A stretch of 64,000 nucleotides of DNA from a virus: the IMG/VR virus record IMGVR_UViG_3300027793_000082, positions 4,959 to 68,958 of that record. One strand, 5' to 3'. Of this stretch, positions 18,842-27,938 are shown piece by piece; position 1 is the first letter of the stretch; each line of letters starts with the position of its first letter. Position numbers and translations under genes: made by a program. Below the pieces are notes generated by a model, which saw only the letters and a program-made list of their open reading frames with translations, searched no databases and had not been told where the DNA came from.

Positions 18842-20818
18842 TTAAGGTCCTTTGCGTGATAATGCAAGTATAAAGGGAGTCATAAATCCAAAAATGCTTT
18901 GATAAAAGCTGCGTCCGTCAATAGCACCACGTCGCTGATTTATACGAAAACTGGGTCGAGCCGGGGGCTTTTCCCAAACAAAATTGAAAGTTGCAGCTGA
19001 ACCACCGCCGCTTGTGCTGGTGGCTGTAATGGGATTGGTGGGCAAGCTTCCAGGGGTTGTGCTATTTGGAGCTGATAGCAGATAATATCCAGGAATCTGT
19101 ATAGCTACACTTGTAATTGCACCGCCGCTTGTGCTCAACACCTTGAGAGTTGTGGGCACTGCATATGTGCTGTTGATGTTGGCAGGTGTACTGAATGTCA
19201 AGGTATCCCCCACACTATAGCTGCCTCCGCCATTGGCAATAGTCAATCCACCAACTTGAAAAGCCGGATTGGGGGCCACAGCACCCACATAAAAGTCTCC
19301 GCTTTCATCAGTGGTTGTGTGAAACACACGTCCCCCATTGAGTGCAATGGTATATTTGTTAGGGTCTGCAAACCCGGAACCATCTTGACTGGGGCTTAGT
19401 TTGGCATAGTCCAAGCCTGCGCCAGCGTAACTCATGGTATATCCACTGGCTTCAATCAAACTACCAAATTTTATACGTGCTCGTAACTGACGTCCAGCTA
19501 CTGGCAATGACTTCAAGGTTATTACTGAACACGGCAGCCCGCCAGTGGTAACGCCTTTGGATATTGTATAATCCACTGTGGGCAACAATGGTGTTGCTGA
19601 GTCTAAAAATTGCACTTCCAAATCACTGAATTGATTTGGCAGCACATATGTTCCCCCGGTTGTAACAAAATCTGTGGAGACGCCGTTGGTGGCCCAAATT
19701 TGATTTACTGCTACAGGACTGTCAGTGGATTCAAGATATCTGTGTCCTTGACTCCAAAGCGCATAATTGCCAAAACTACAATTGCTGTTCAATGCAGTAA
19801 CATGACCACCATCTATGCACAGCAATCCAAACTGGCAAAAGTTAACGAAGAAGCTCACCAGCTGCATGTAGCCTTTGCCTAGGACTTTTACACCAATGCC
19901 GCCAAGATTGATTTGGGTAAATGCATCTACCACAATGCTGTGAATTCTGTTATTGGGCCCCAGCACACTGGGATCAATCAATACTCCGCCACCACCTGGG
20001 TAAATGCCTGACCCAGTATCAGGATCACCACTTATACTGGAACAGTTTTGAATATAGGGACTGACCAAAATGTCTGCACCAGGCGCAAAGCCAAATGCGA
20101 ATCCAGTTTGTCGTGTAGTGGAAATCAAGGCTGAAGTGTTGACGCCACTTGCGTTGGCATAGCCCACAGGGGTGATATCCAATGCTGATGGGCTTAGTCG
20201 GTGGTCTCTTACAGTAATGCCATACACATAACACTTGCTGTTCAAGTAAAACACATCACTAGTGGGCACTCTTGGGCGTATGGTTACAGACCGCAGATTG
20301 TCACCAATAATGCTCACACCTGGTGGAATTTCCAACGGACAGTCTTCAGTATAGTCGCCAGCTGCTACCAAAATGGCCACATGATCAGGCCGGAATGCCC
20401 CTGTAGCCAGTTGTTGAGCTGCTGTAGCACAAGCTGCTTTCACTGTTCTTTTGGCACTATACCAACTTTGCCCGCTGTTGCTGTCGTTGCCGCTCTCACT
20501 CACATAAATCCGGTTTTTGACAATTGCATCAGCAATTTGTTGCAGGCTTTCTGCATTCAATAGTTTCCACGCAACACCATCCCAAACATACATTTGTTTG
20601 TCAGTGGTTTTGTACCAAAGCTGTCCTTGAGTGGGGCTTTGTGGCGGACTTTGATCGGCAAAATTTTCCATGAGATGAACAAGATTCTCATTCAGATAAG
20701 TGCCATAGTTGGCAAAGTTCTTGCCAAACAAGATCAAACTGCTGACTGTGCTGTTATACTGCCCGGGAGGAATACTTGCCAGCGTAGTGCCGTTGGTTTT
20801 TGTGATATTTGTATTCAT
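18842..20818 (-). CDS. tail fibre/baseplate-associated protein with beta-helix-like region
   Basis: GKNFANYG..LNENLVHLMENFA...P..GQLWY N-terminal module; IYVS..GNDSNSG; SIIGDNLRSV. Confidence 0.7.
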   Translation of the reverse strand: MNTNITKTNGTTLASIPPGQYNSTVSSLILFGKNFANYGTYLNENLVHLMENFADQSPPQSPTQGQLWYKTTDKQMYVWDGVAWKLLNAESLQQIADAIVKNRIYVSESGNDSNSGQSWYSAKRTVKAACATAAQQLATGAFRPDHVAILVAAGDYTEDCPLEIPPGVSIIGDNLRSVTIRPRVPTSDVFYLNSKCYVYGITVRDHRLSPSALDITPVGYANASGVNTSALISTTRQTGFAFGFAPGADILVSPYIQNCSSISGDPDTGSGIYPGGGGVLIDPSVLGPNNRIHSIVVDAFTQINLGGIGVKVLGKGYMQLVSFFVNFCQFGLLCIDGGHVTALNSNCSFGNYALWSQGHRYLESTDSPVAVNQIWATNGVSTDFVTTGGTYVLPNQFSDLEVQFLDSATPLLPTVDYTISKGVTTGGLPCSVITLKSLPVAGRQLRARIKFGSLIEASGYTMSYAGAGLDYAKLSPSQDGSGFADPNKYTIALNGGRVFHTTTDESGDFYVGAVAPNPAFQVGGLTIANGGGSYSVGDTLTFSTPANINSTYAVPTTLKVLSTSGGAITSVAIQIPGYYLLSAPNSTTPGSLPTNPITATSTSGGGSAATFNFVWEKPPARPSFRINQRRGAIDGRSFYQSIFGFMTPFILALSRKGP

Positions 20819-20826
20819 TTTGATAT

Positions 20827-22584
20827 TTACGGTGTTTCAGTTGGGGGTGTTTCACCACCTGGGGCAGGCGCAGGTGCTTCAGCTGGCGGCGCTTCTAGAG
20901 GCGCTTCAGGTCCTGCTTCTGGACCTCCCAAGCCAAATTCAGGTTCTGGACTGGGTCGTATGCCTATTGATCCGAGACCCACGCTTTGGTCTTCAACTGG
21001 GCTGGTTCCAGTTTTGTCCTTGACTTTGGCACTGTTTTCTTCTTTCCACATACGTTCATTTTCCAGGATGTCTTCTTCAGTCCATCCCATATAGCGTTTC
21101 AAAGCATAACGCTTGCTCATGTAAGCTCTAGCATCGCTGTTCATAGCTGAACTGAACAGGTTCACACGCTCTGTATCCAAGCTCATGTTTCGATACTGAC
21201 TGAAACTTTGAGGAACATTGAATGCCAATTCAAACAAGCTGCTGTGAACCTCAATACCTCGGAATTTCAAAAACAATTTAAATTCCATATCCAGTGTTGG
21301 CGCAATACTGTTTTGCAGTCTTTGACAATATTTGTTGAATCGATACTCTTGGATAAATGCTGTACCAACTTTGCCGTCGTTGAACACTGCTGTTCCATCA
21401 TCTGGCCCTGTGGGCAAGTAGCTGCTGGGAATGCCCAATCCACGCATCAGCTTGTTGTTGAAGTATTTGAGGTCGTCAATAGTACCAAGATTTTCGCCAG
21501 CGTTCAAAGTATCAATTGTTGTTCCGCGCTGCTCGCTGTTGGTAGCAAGAAAGAAATCTTCTGTTATGCTGATGGGATTGTATGCACTGTCAATAATACT
21601 TGTGCCCCCACCTGTGCGGTTGGGCAACCTTCTTTGATAGATTTCGTTTTTGACTCTTTCCACATATTGCATAGCACGTTGGCCTTGAAGCTGACCCACG
21701 TCAATTTTGAACACTCTGCGCTCAGGTGCTCTCACAATACGATAGATGAGAATACAATCTTCCAAGAGATCTTTTTGTTTGTAGGTTTTATACACAGCTT
21801 CAATAATGCTGATGCCAAAAGGCCAGTATTGATCCATGCCTTCACTCAAACTCAAGTGCACAACGTGATTTGCATCAATAGCAAGGCTGTTGGCTGGGTT
21901 GTAAAAACGGCTTGTGCGGCCACCTGGGGTGGTGGGCTGGCCATAATTTATGTTTCCTGCACCGGCTGCTGGGTTGGAACTTCTGGGATAGCCACCTGGA
22001 AAACTGTATTGATCGTGTACCAGTGGGTTGGTTGCCACCAAGCTTTGTAAGTTGAAGTCTAGATCACGAATCACATATTGCTCAATTTTCTTACCTTGTG
22101 CCTCATTTACAATGATTTTTTCCACTTTGGCAGCATCAACCCACAAAAGTTCATAGGTTTCAGGATCACGGATGAAAAATTGATCTCCATATTTCACAGT
22201 GTTTCTGAATATTTTGAAGATACGTTGGTTCAACCGATTTATGCTGCACCATTGTTGAAGCGCATTGTTCAACAGTTCTGTTTCGGTTTCAGTAACATCT
22301 CCTTTCCAAATAAATCGGAAGGGAATGGGATCGTCATCACTTTGGTTTTGTGTGCAGAATTCAGCTATTGTGTCCAAACTACGATTGATTTCACTGTCTA
22401 AATCAGCTTGCTCGTAAGCCACATAGCGTTCCACACGGTTGGGCGCGCCAGCATAAACTTCTGGCAAATAACTGCTGAATTTGGTAGTGGTTGCACCTTG
22501 ACTGTTGTCTTTGTTGATTTCTGCTAGTCGTGCAGTGAGTCTAGCTTGACTCGGTACTGTTGTGAAATATTTTTTCCAAGCCAT
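20827..22584 (-). CDS. portal protein (T4 gp20-like)
   Basis: LLED.ILIYRIVRAPERRVFKIDVG, EDFF, DDLKYFNNKL. Confidence 0.95.
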   Translation of the reverse strand: MAWKKYFTTVPSQARLTARLAEINKDNSQGATTTKFSSYLPEVYAGAPNRVERYVAYEQADLDSEINRSLDTIAEFCTQNQSDDDPIPFRFIWKGDVTETETELLNNALQQWCSINRLNQRIFKIFRNTVKYGDQFFIRDPETYELLWVDAAKVEKIIVNEAQGKKIEQYVIRDLDFNLQSLVATNPLVHDQYSFPGGYPRSSNPAAGAGNINYGQPTTPGGRTSRFYNPANSLAIDANHVVHLSLSEGMDQYWPFGISIIEAVYKTYKQKDLLEDCILIYRIVRAPERRVFKIDVGQLQGQRAMQYVERVKNEIYQRRLPNRTGGGTSIIDSAYNPISITEDFFLATNSEQRGTTIDTLNAGENLGTIDDLKYFNNKLMRGLGIPSSYLPTGPDDGTAVFNDGKVGTAFIQEYRFNKYCQRLQNSIAPTLDMEFKLFLKFRGIEVHSSLFELAFNVPQSFSQYRNMSLDTERVNLFSSAMNSDARAYMSKRYALKRYMGWTEEDILENERMWKEENSAKVKDKTGTSPVEDQSVGLGSIGIRPSPEPEFGLGGPEAGPEAPLEAPPAEAPAPAPGGETPPTETP

Positions 22585-22649
22585 CAGGGTTCTGTTTCTC
22601 TAGGTTTTTGATATTTATGTGCGAAAAATACCCAGAAAAAAGATTACAC

Positions 22650-24941
22650 TTAGCTAAAGTCACCAATTATTCCGGCTGTGATACGCGATTGTCTTGCTAT
22701 CTCTTGTTGTACTGGGGTCTGTTGTGCAACAGTTTCTGTCAAGGTGTGGACAGCTCCTATTAAGGCATCATTTTGCGGTATTACTGGCGGCGCAAGACTA
22801 GTCATAGTTGCTTGGGCTGCTACTCTACTTACAAGTGCAGCCATAGCGGAAACAAATGACGTGCTGCTTGCTTGCATTTCAACAAGTGCAGTTGAATCTT
22901 GTAATACGCTGTTGGCATCGCCAGTTTGATCACCTGTCCTTGCTTCTGCTGCACTGGCTGAACTTGTCCCATAGCTTGTGACACCCCCGACTAATCCGCC
23001 AAGTATTGCTCCTGCCAAGATACCACCAGGGCCTGCCCCTATGCCTGCAAGAGCCCCTGTTGCTGCACCGCCCAATGCACCGCCCAACCAACCAGGCGCA
23101 CCAACTTGGTTAGCCGCATAGCTCCCCCCTATGCCACCCATTATCCCTAGCGCGCCAGCGCCTAGCAACCTGCCCTTCCCTAGTCCGCCCATACTCGATG
23201 CTCCTCGCATCATACCAGCACCTACACCTGTAGAGCCCAGCATTGAAGTCAAACCCAAACCTCCTCCGCCCAGAAACCGTGGTATTGCAGCTCTTAAGGC
23301 TGTACTTGCCAGTAATTTAGGCATCAATGCAACAGCAGCTCCTGTGGCCAAGGCCGAGGCTGCTCCTGAAATACCACTAGCAGCCATTCCATAAAATGAG
23401 TTGGCTGCTCCTGCGCCTACGCCAGTTGCTGCTGCCAATGGTTCAAGAACTGCTGTAAACAAGCCCAACTGTTGTGTAGCTGCATAGAGCGCTGCCTTGA
23501 AATCACCTGTTATGCGAGCAGTGTCCATAGTCACTTTCTGCATTGCAGTTGTGGCTCTATCAAGATTGCCACCCCTGCCTGTGAAGATATTTAAAATACG
23601 GTCTAACCCGCCAGGTCTGGCAGCAGCAGCTTGCCCACGCTCAGCTTCTGGTAGCATCTTAGCAAACATTTCTGCGCTACCAGCGTATGCACCACCCACT
23701 TGTGCTTGTAGTTGTAGTGTGTCTAGGCCGCGACTTTCAGTTAAGGCCCGCTGGAATTCCAGAACTGACCGCATAGTCTCTTCCGGTGTTCCAGTGGCCA
23801 ACCCTCTTGACAAGGCCGTCATAGAAGGCATCAAATCACCGATGCTCATCATAGCTCGCATTTGGGGATCACTAGGCATGATCCCCATTTGCATGCCCAC
23901 AATAGCTCGAGCCATTTGCGGGCCTACCTGACGTGCAATTACGTCTTGATTTGCTCTCAGACGCTCAGCTGCTGCTGGATCAGTTCTGGCCAACTGCCGT
24001 ATACGCAACATTATAGCCGCATCTTCAGCAGCAGCCTTGCTCCTGGCTTGCAGTTCCTTTCTGTCTTTCCCGGTTAACTCAGTAAGTGCAGCAAGTTCCC
24101 GCACATATTTGACTGCACCTTCTCTCTGCATTTCAGTGCTCATACCATATGCAAGACCGCCTTGGGCAAGCATATCAAGAAATGAAGCCACTGTTTCTCC
24201 CTGTTGGGCCATTGTCTGGCCATACATACCAAATCCACGAGTAGTGGTTTGAACACCTCTCAACAAAGTGGCGAAATTTTGTTCACCAACACCACCTATT
24301 GTACTACCAAATTGGCCAACTATGCCTTGAAACTCGTCCAGTTTCAAACCAGTCCTGCCAACCATTTCTTGCATTTTTTCCAGACTGCCGCCAAATGTAA
24401 CACCAGTACTAAGCATGGATTGAAAAGCTGGCATGCCAGCTGCGAAAATTCCCACAGTAGCAGCAACCGCTGCTACACTTTTGTTCAAAACTGAGAAAGC
24501 AGTAGCGAGGCTGGAAGCTTTGCCTCCTGCGTCTCGAGCCTTCATCTCCAGAAAGCTCAACCCGCTTGTTACGCCGTCATACAATCTTGTGCTGTCAAAC
24601 TTGCTCATCCGATCCAAACTGGATCGCAAATCGTCCACACTGCGTTTGTAACTGCCTTGAATCTCCTTGTCGTAGTCTTTCATCCGTTGCTCATAACGCA
24701 AGTTATTGACTTGAGCACGTTTGGCTTTTTCAGCCTCTATTTGCATTTGACTCAAGCCATCTTTGGCCTCATCAAGCGCATCGTTAAATTCTTTTATGCT
24801 TTTGACATCAATGTCTTTGGCTTTGGCAATGGCAGCCAAAATGCTGTTGTTTGATGCCATTTTGTCACGCAACTCTGAGAGAGTGCGCTCTTGGGCCCAA
24901 TCTTTACTGATCTGCTTTAGTTCGCTAGCTGTAAAACTCAT
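22650..24941 (-). CDS. tape-measure-like protein
   Basis: Long helical A/G-rich protein with hydrophobic Gly-rich C-terminal segments, next to baseplate hub gene. Confidence 0.6.
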   Translation of the reverse strand: MSFTASELKQISKDWAQERTLSELRDKMASNNSILAAIAKAKDIDVKSIKEFNDALDEAKDGLSQMQIEAEKAKRAQVNNLRYEQRMKDYDKEIQGSYKRSVDDLRSSLDRMSKFDSTRLYDGVTSGLSFLEMKARDAGGKASSLATAFSVLNKSVAAVAATVGIFAAGMPAFQSMLSTGVTFGGSLEKMQEMVGRTGLKLDEFQGIVGQFGSTIGGVGEQNFATLLRGVQTTTRGFGMYGQTMAQQGETVASFLDMLAQGGLAYGMSTEMQREGAVKYVRELAALTELTGKDRKELQARSKAAAEDAAIMLRIRQLARTDPAAAERLRANQDVIARQVGPQMARAIVGMQMGIMPSDPQMRAMMSIGDLMPSMTALSRGLATGTPEETMRSVLEFQRALTESRGLDTLQLQAQVGGAYAGSAEMFAKMLPEAERGQAAAARPGGLDRILNIFTGRGGNLDRATTAMQKVTMDTARITGDFKAALYAATQQLGLFTAVLEPLAAATGVGAGAANSFYGMAASGISGAASALATGAAVALMPKLLASTALRAAIPRFLGGGGLGLTSMLGSTGVGAGMMRGASSMGGLGKGRLLGAGALGIMGGIGGSYAANQVGAPGWLGGALGGAATGALAGIGAGPGGILAGAILGGLVGGVTSYGTSSASAAEARTGDQTGDANSVLQDSTALVEMQASSTSFVSAMAALVSRVAAQATMTSLAPPVIPQNDALIGAVHTLTETVAQQTPVQQEIARQSRITAGIIGDFS

Positions 24942-24966
24942 ACAAAATTTCTCGCAACAGGAGATT

Positions 24967-24995
24967 ACCAGTATTTAAGCCCCTTAAATACTGGT
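24967..24995. promoter_or_regulatory. palindromic divergent late promoter pair
   Basis: accagtatttaag-ccc-cttaaatactggt: perfect 13-bp inverted repeat carrying TAAATA on each strand. Confidence 0.7.
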
Positions 24996-25026
24996 GAATA
25001 ACATACTATGATAATAGGGCACACAA

Positions 25027-25860
25027 ATGAGTAATCCGTTAAGTCAATACTTTCACACTCCCAAAGCTTATGTACAATTGCCAACACAAGGAAGATTTTA
25101 CCCTCCTGACTTTGTTGAAACATCCGCCAATGGTGAAGTGGCTGTGTATCCATTGACAGCAATTGACCAAATAATGCTGAAAACTCCAGATGCTTTGCTG
25201 AACGGTGATGCTTTGTTGAGCGTGTTCAAAAATTGTGTTCCAGGGGTGAAAGATCCCAAGCAGCTGGTGGAACCTGACATCAACACATTGTTGGTAGCCA
25301 TAAGGATAGCCAGTGCTGGTTCCACAATGGAAGTGGAAACCACATGCCCCAATTGTGGAAAAGAGCACAATTTTGGAATTGATCTCAGTGGATTTATTGA
25401 AACCCAAAGCACTGTGGAAGGTCCCACGTATGTGGAAATTGACGGCGCACTGCAAGTTTTCCTACGCCCTTATAATTTTCAACAGAGAAACCTGCAACTA
25501 TTGAATGAAGTTGAACAAGCCAGATCCATAAAAGTGTTGGAAGAAACAGAAACCACTGATGCTGAAAAAATCAGCAGTGTAACCAAGCAAATCAATCAAA
25601 TGGCTCAGCGAACTCTAGACATCATGAGCATGAGCATTACTGCAATCAAAATAATCAGCACCGGTGAAACAGTAACAAACCCGGGATACATTCAAGAGTT
25701 TGTGAAAGGTATTCCCACAACCAGTGCCAATGCCATTATCGACAAACTCAAAGAGTTGAATTCCATTGGTGTTGATACAGAAACCAGTTTTCAATGCGAC
25801 GCTTGCAGCCACTCTTGGAGTCAAAGAATCGACTTCGATCCCACAAGTTTTTTCGAATAA
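25027..25860 (+). CDS. baseplate hub assembly protein/tail chaperone (T4 gp26/gp51-like)
   Basis: NPL.QYF, LP..G.FY, LKTPDALLNG, CPNC and CDAC Zn motifs, ends FDPTSFF. Confidence 0.75.
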   Translation: MSNPLSQYFHTPKAYVQLPTQGRFYPPDFVETSANGEVAVYPLTAIDQIMLKTPDALLNGDALLSVFKNCVPGVKDPKQLVEPDINTLLVAIRIASAGSTMEVETTCPNCGKEHNFGIDLSGFIETQSTVEGPTYVEIDGALQVFLRPYNFQQRNLQLLNEVEQARSIKVLEETETTDAEKISSVTKQINQMAQRTLDIMSMSITAIKIISTGETVTNPGYIQEFVKGIPTTSANAIIDKLKELNSIGVDTETSFQCDACSHSWSQRIDFDPTSFFE

Positions 25861-26096
25861 AGCTTCTCAGAGGTGATCCCCAGGAGATCACCAAAACACT
25901 GAGAAGCTGTGAAAAAGAAGTGGAAATGATTGAAAGCGATATTGCAAACCTAGTGTATTACATGAACGGTGGTTTGACCTACAGTGAAGCTTGGCATCTT
26001 TCGACAACACAGATGCAAGCCTTGTCTGGAACTATTTCAAAACACTATGAAATGCAAGCAGAAGCCTATCGTAGAGCACAAACCAAGAAGGTATAA
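25848..26096 (+). CDS. -1 frame extension of the preceding gene, or a small separate ORF from ATG 25927
   Basis: Overlapping open -1 frame (YYMNGGLTYSEAWHLS) beginning across a T-TTT-TTC heptamer. Confidence 0.6.
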   Translation, partial: FFRIKLLRGDPQEITKTLRSCEKEVEMIESDIANLVYYMNGGLTYSEAWHLSTTQMQALSGTISKHYEMQAEAYRRAQTKKV

Positions 26097-26119
26097 TTGA
26101 ATATTTGATACTTGGGTAT

Positions 26120-26500
26120 TTCGTTAGGGAGGAAGTCACACTTCTCCCCACCGGGAGGAGAAGTTTGAAAAAGGCTTTCGTATAGGGCTTCGGCCTGCCT
26201 GTCTCGTCTTGGGATTGTATCCAGCTGGCGGAGAACCTATTTCCAGCATTCCTGACTCTCTTCTCGGACTTATGCTCATGGAGCTGCCTTCTCGGTTATG
26301 TGCTCATCACACACGCAGGGAACCCAGTCAGACAGGCTGTTGACTGAACCCCTTCCAGCTTCACGGGACAGTGAGAGGCTGGATCCTTTTTGTTCACTTT
26401 CGTGGCGAGGGCATAGAACAGTAAACCCTCATGCGTAATTTTCCCCTGCCTTCGCGCCTGGTAGATACGGATGGACACTACACCATCATACTAAGCCACT
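26120..26500 (-). ncRNA. candidate large structured non-coding RNA (strand uncertain)
   Basis: ~420 nt gap without a credible ORF; many stems (acttctcc/ggagaagt, cagtca/tgactg, tccagc/gctgga, gaggg/ccctc, gatgg/ccatc, long-range gcagggaa/ttcccctgc). Confidence 0.5.
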
Positions 26501-26518
26501 ATTTTGAAAAACCGTATA

Positions 26519-27328
26519 TTATGCGTAGTTGCTGATTCTAAAATTGCCTGGTGTACGTGCTGTGCTGTCTAGGTATTTCAAAAGATAATTGTTGTTTGTG
26601 TTCTTGAAATCAATTACCCAAGGAGTGTTGTATTCAACATACCGACCACTCTCTTGCTTGATAATTGCTGTTGTCCATCTATTGTATTCGTTGAGATTGA
26701 ATTGAGGAATAATTATGGGTTTTGTGGTTAACGGGGTCCAAATTTCTGTGTGTTCTTCAGTATTGTTGTATTTGTATTTGATTTCATTACGAGGTATTTG
26801 TGCATGACGCTTGTTACTGAACTCCAGTTCGCTCAAACTGCTGGGTGGAGTCTTGTATGCGACTTCAATTATATCACTTGTTTGTGGATGAGCCAAAATG
26901 TCTGCTTGTTCTTTGTAAAAATCAATCACTGCCCTAGCCATTTGTTTCTTGGCTTCTGGAATCATGATCCAGCGATTGGCACCAGCTGATTCAAACATCA
27001 TGATTTGAGCTTCACTCAAAACAGTTTTGTTCGTGAGACGGTCAAACACAACATGAAAATAACTCTTCAATGAGTCTGGCCATTCAGCTGGCTTTTTCAC
27101 AAGGTCACGAATGTTGAGATTGTGTTTGGCTAGTTCACAAAAGAGTGAGGCTTGTTCATTGGAAATATTGAGGATGCTTTGAGGAAAAGCTCTTACTCGG
27201 CTACCAAACGCTCCAACCAGTGTATTGTAAAATCCCAGTTCTTGACGGAAAAAGCTGTTCAAGCGATTTTGATCAATGGGATCAACTACAATAAAAATGC
27301 TGCGTTGTTGTGGCTTATTGTATTTCAT
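26519..27328 (-). CDS. hypothetical protein resembling TnpB/Cas12 N-terminal WED-REC region, lacking RuvC
   Basis: IFIVVDPIDQNRLNSFFRQELGFYNTLV resembles the TnpB pattern R.LYPT..Q...L...FG..R.VYN..L; TAIIKQESGRY..W.IDF resembles the closing WED strands. ORF itself is solid; the family call is tentative. Confidence 0.45.
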   Translation of the reverse strand: MKYNKPQQRSIFIVVDPIDQNRLNSFFRQELGFYNTLVGAFGSRVRAFPQSILNISNEQASLFCELAKHNLNIRDLVKKPAEWPDSLKSYFHVVFDRLTNKTVLSEAQIMMFESAGANRWIMIPEAKKQMARAVIDFYKEQADILAHPQTSDIIEVAYKTPPSSLSELEFSNKRHAQIPRNEIKYKYNNTEEHTEIWTPLTTKPIIIPQFNLNEYNRWTTAIIKQESGRYVEYNTPWVIDFKNTNNNYLLKYLDSTARTPGNFRISNYA

Positions 27329-27422
27329 TCTCAATACTCTTTTGTTGATTTGATTATAAGTAGTGAGAATCATAAAATCAAAAGGTTACAGAACTTTTTC
27401 TGGACAACAAGGAACAGAATAT

Positions 27423-27938
27423 ATGGCAGCGTCAAAAGGCAAAGCAAAAGGCAACGCAGGTGAGCTGCGTATCGCTAAATTTCTTACGGACCTCTATGAG
27501 GCTAAATTTATTCGTGTGCCCAATAGTGGTGCATTTATTGGGGGAGCTAACACAAAAAGAAAAGAAACCATGGATGCTACCCAAATCAGCTATTTCAAAA
27601 GCGATCTTATTCCACCCTCACATATGAAAAAACTGGTGATTGAAAGTAAATTTTATCAAGACTTTCCTTGGCACAAGCTTATGTGCAAGGGCGATGTCAA
27701 GCAGTTGGACAGTTGGATTGAACAAACATTGGATGTGTGTGATCCCGAGGACTTGTGGTTTGTAGTAATCAGAATCAACCACAAAGGCAGTTACGCTTGT
27801 TTTGACCAAAAACATTTGCCTGTCTTTGTTGTGGAAAATCATGTTCGTTACAAAACATTTGTGTTAACTGAGTTTGAGCCATTTTTTGAACAAAACAAGC
27901 TGAAGATTCAAGAACTGTGCTATACAGCAGGAGTGTAG
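27423..27938 (+). CDS. Holliday junction resolvase-like PD-(D/E)XK nuclease
   Basis: KAKGNAGELRIAKFL, RVPNSGA, SDLI, VIESKFY. Confidence 0.8.
   Translation: MAASKGKAKGNAGELRIAKFLTDLYEAKFIRVPNSGAFIGGANTKRKETMDATQISYFKSDLIPPSHMKKLVIESKFYQDFPWHKLMCKGDVKQLDSWIEQTLDVCDPEDLWFVVIRINHKGSYACFDQKHLPVFVVENHVRYKTFVLTEFEPFFEQNKLKIQELCYTAGV

Noticed and set aside
26260-26307. CRISPR or TIGR array
   Set aside because: Only two imperfect units; no Cas or Nop-domain gene recognised
26296-26478. 60-aa ORF within the structured region
   Set aside because: GTG start without a clear RBS and no recognisable motif; base-pairing explains the region better
26100-26518. Group I intron, hammerhead, tmRNA, RNase P or tRNA identity for the structured region
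   Set aside because: Could not find their diagnostic motifs by eye (P7 core, CUGANGA/GAAA, T-loop/CCA, GAGGAAAGUCC); flanking genes are complete and convergent
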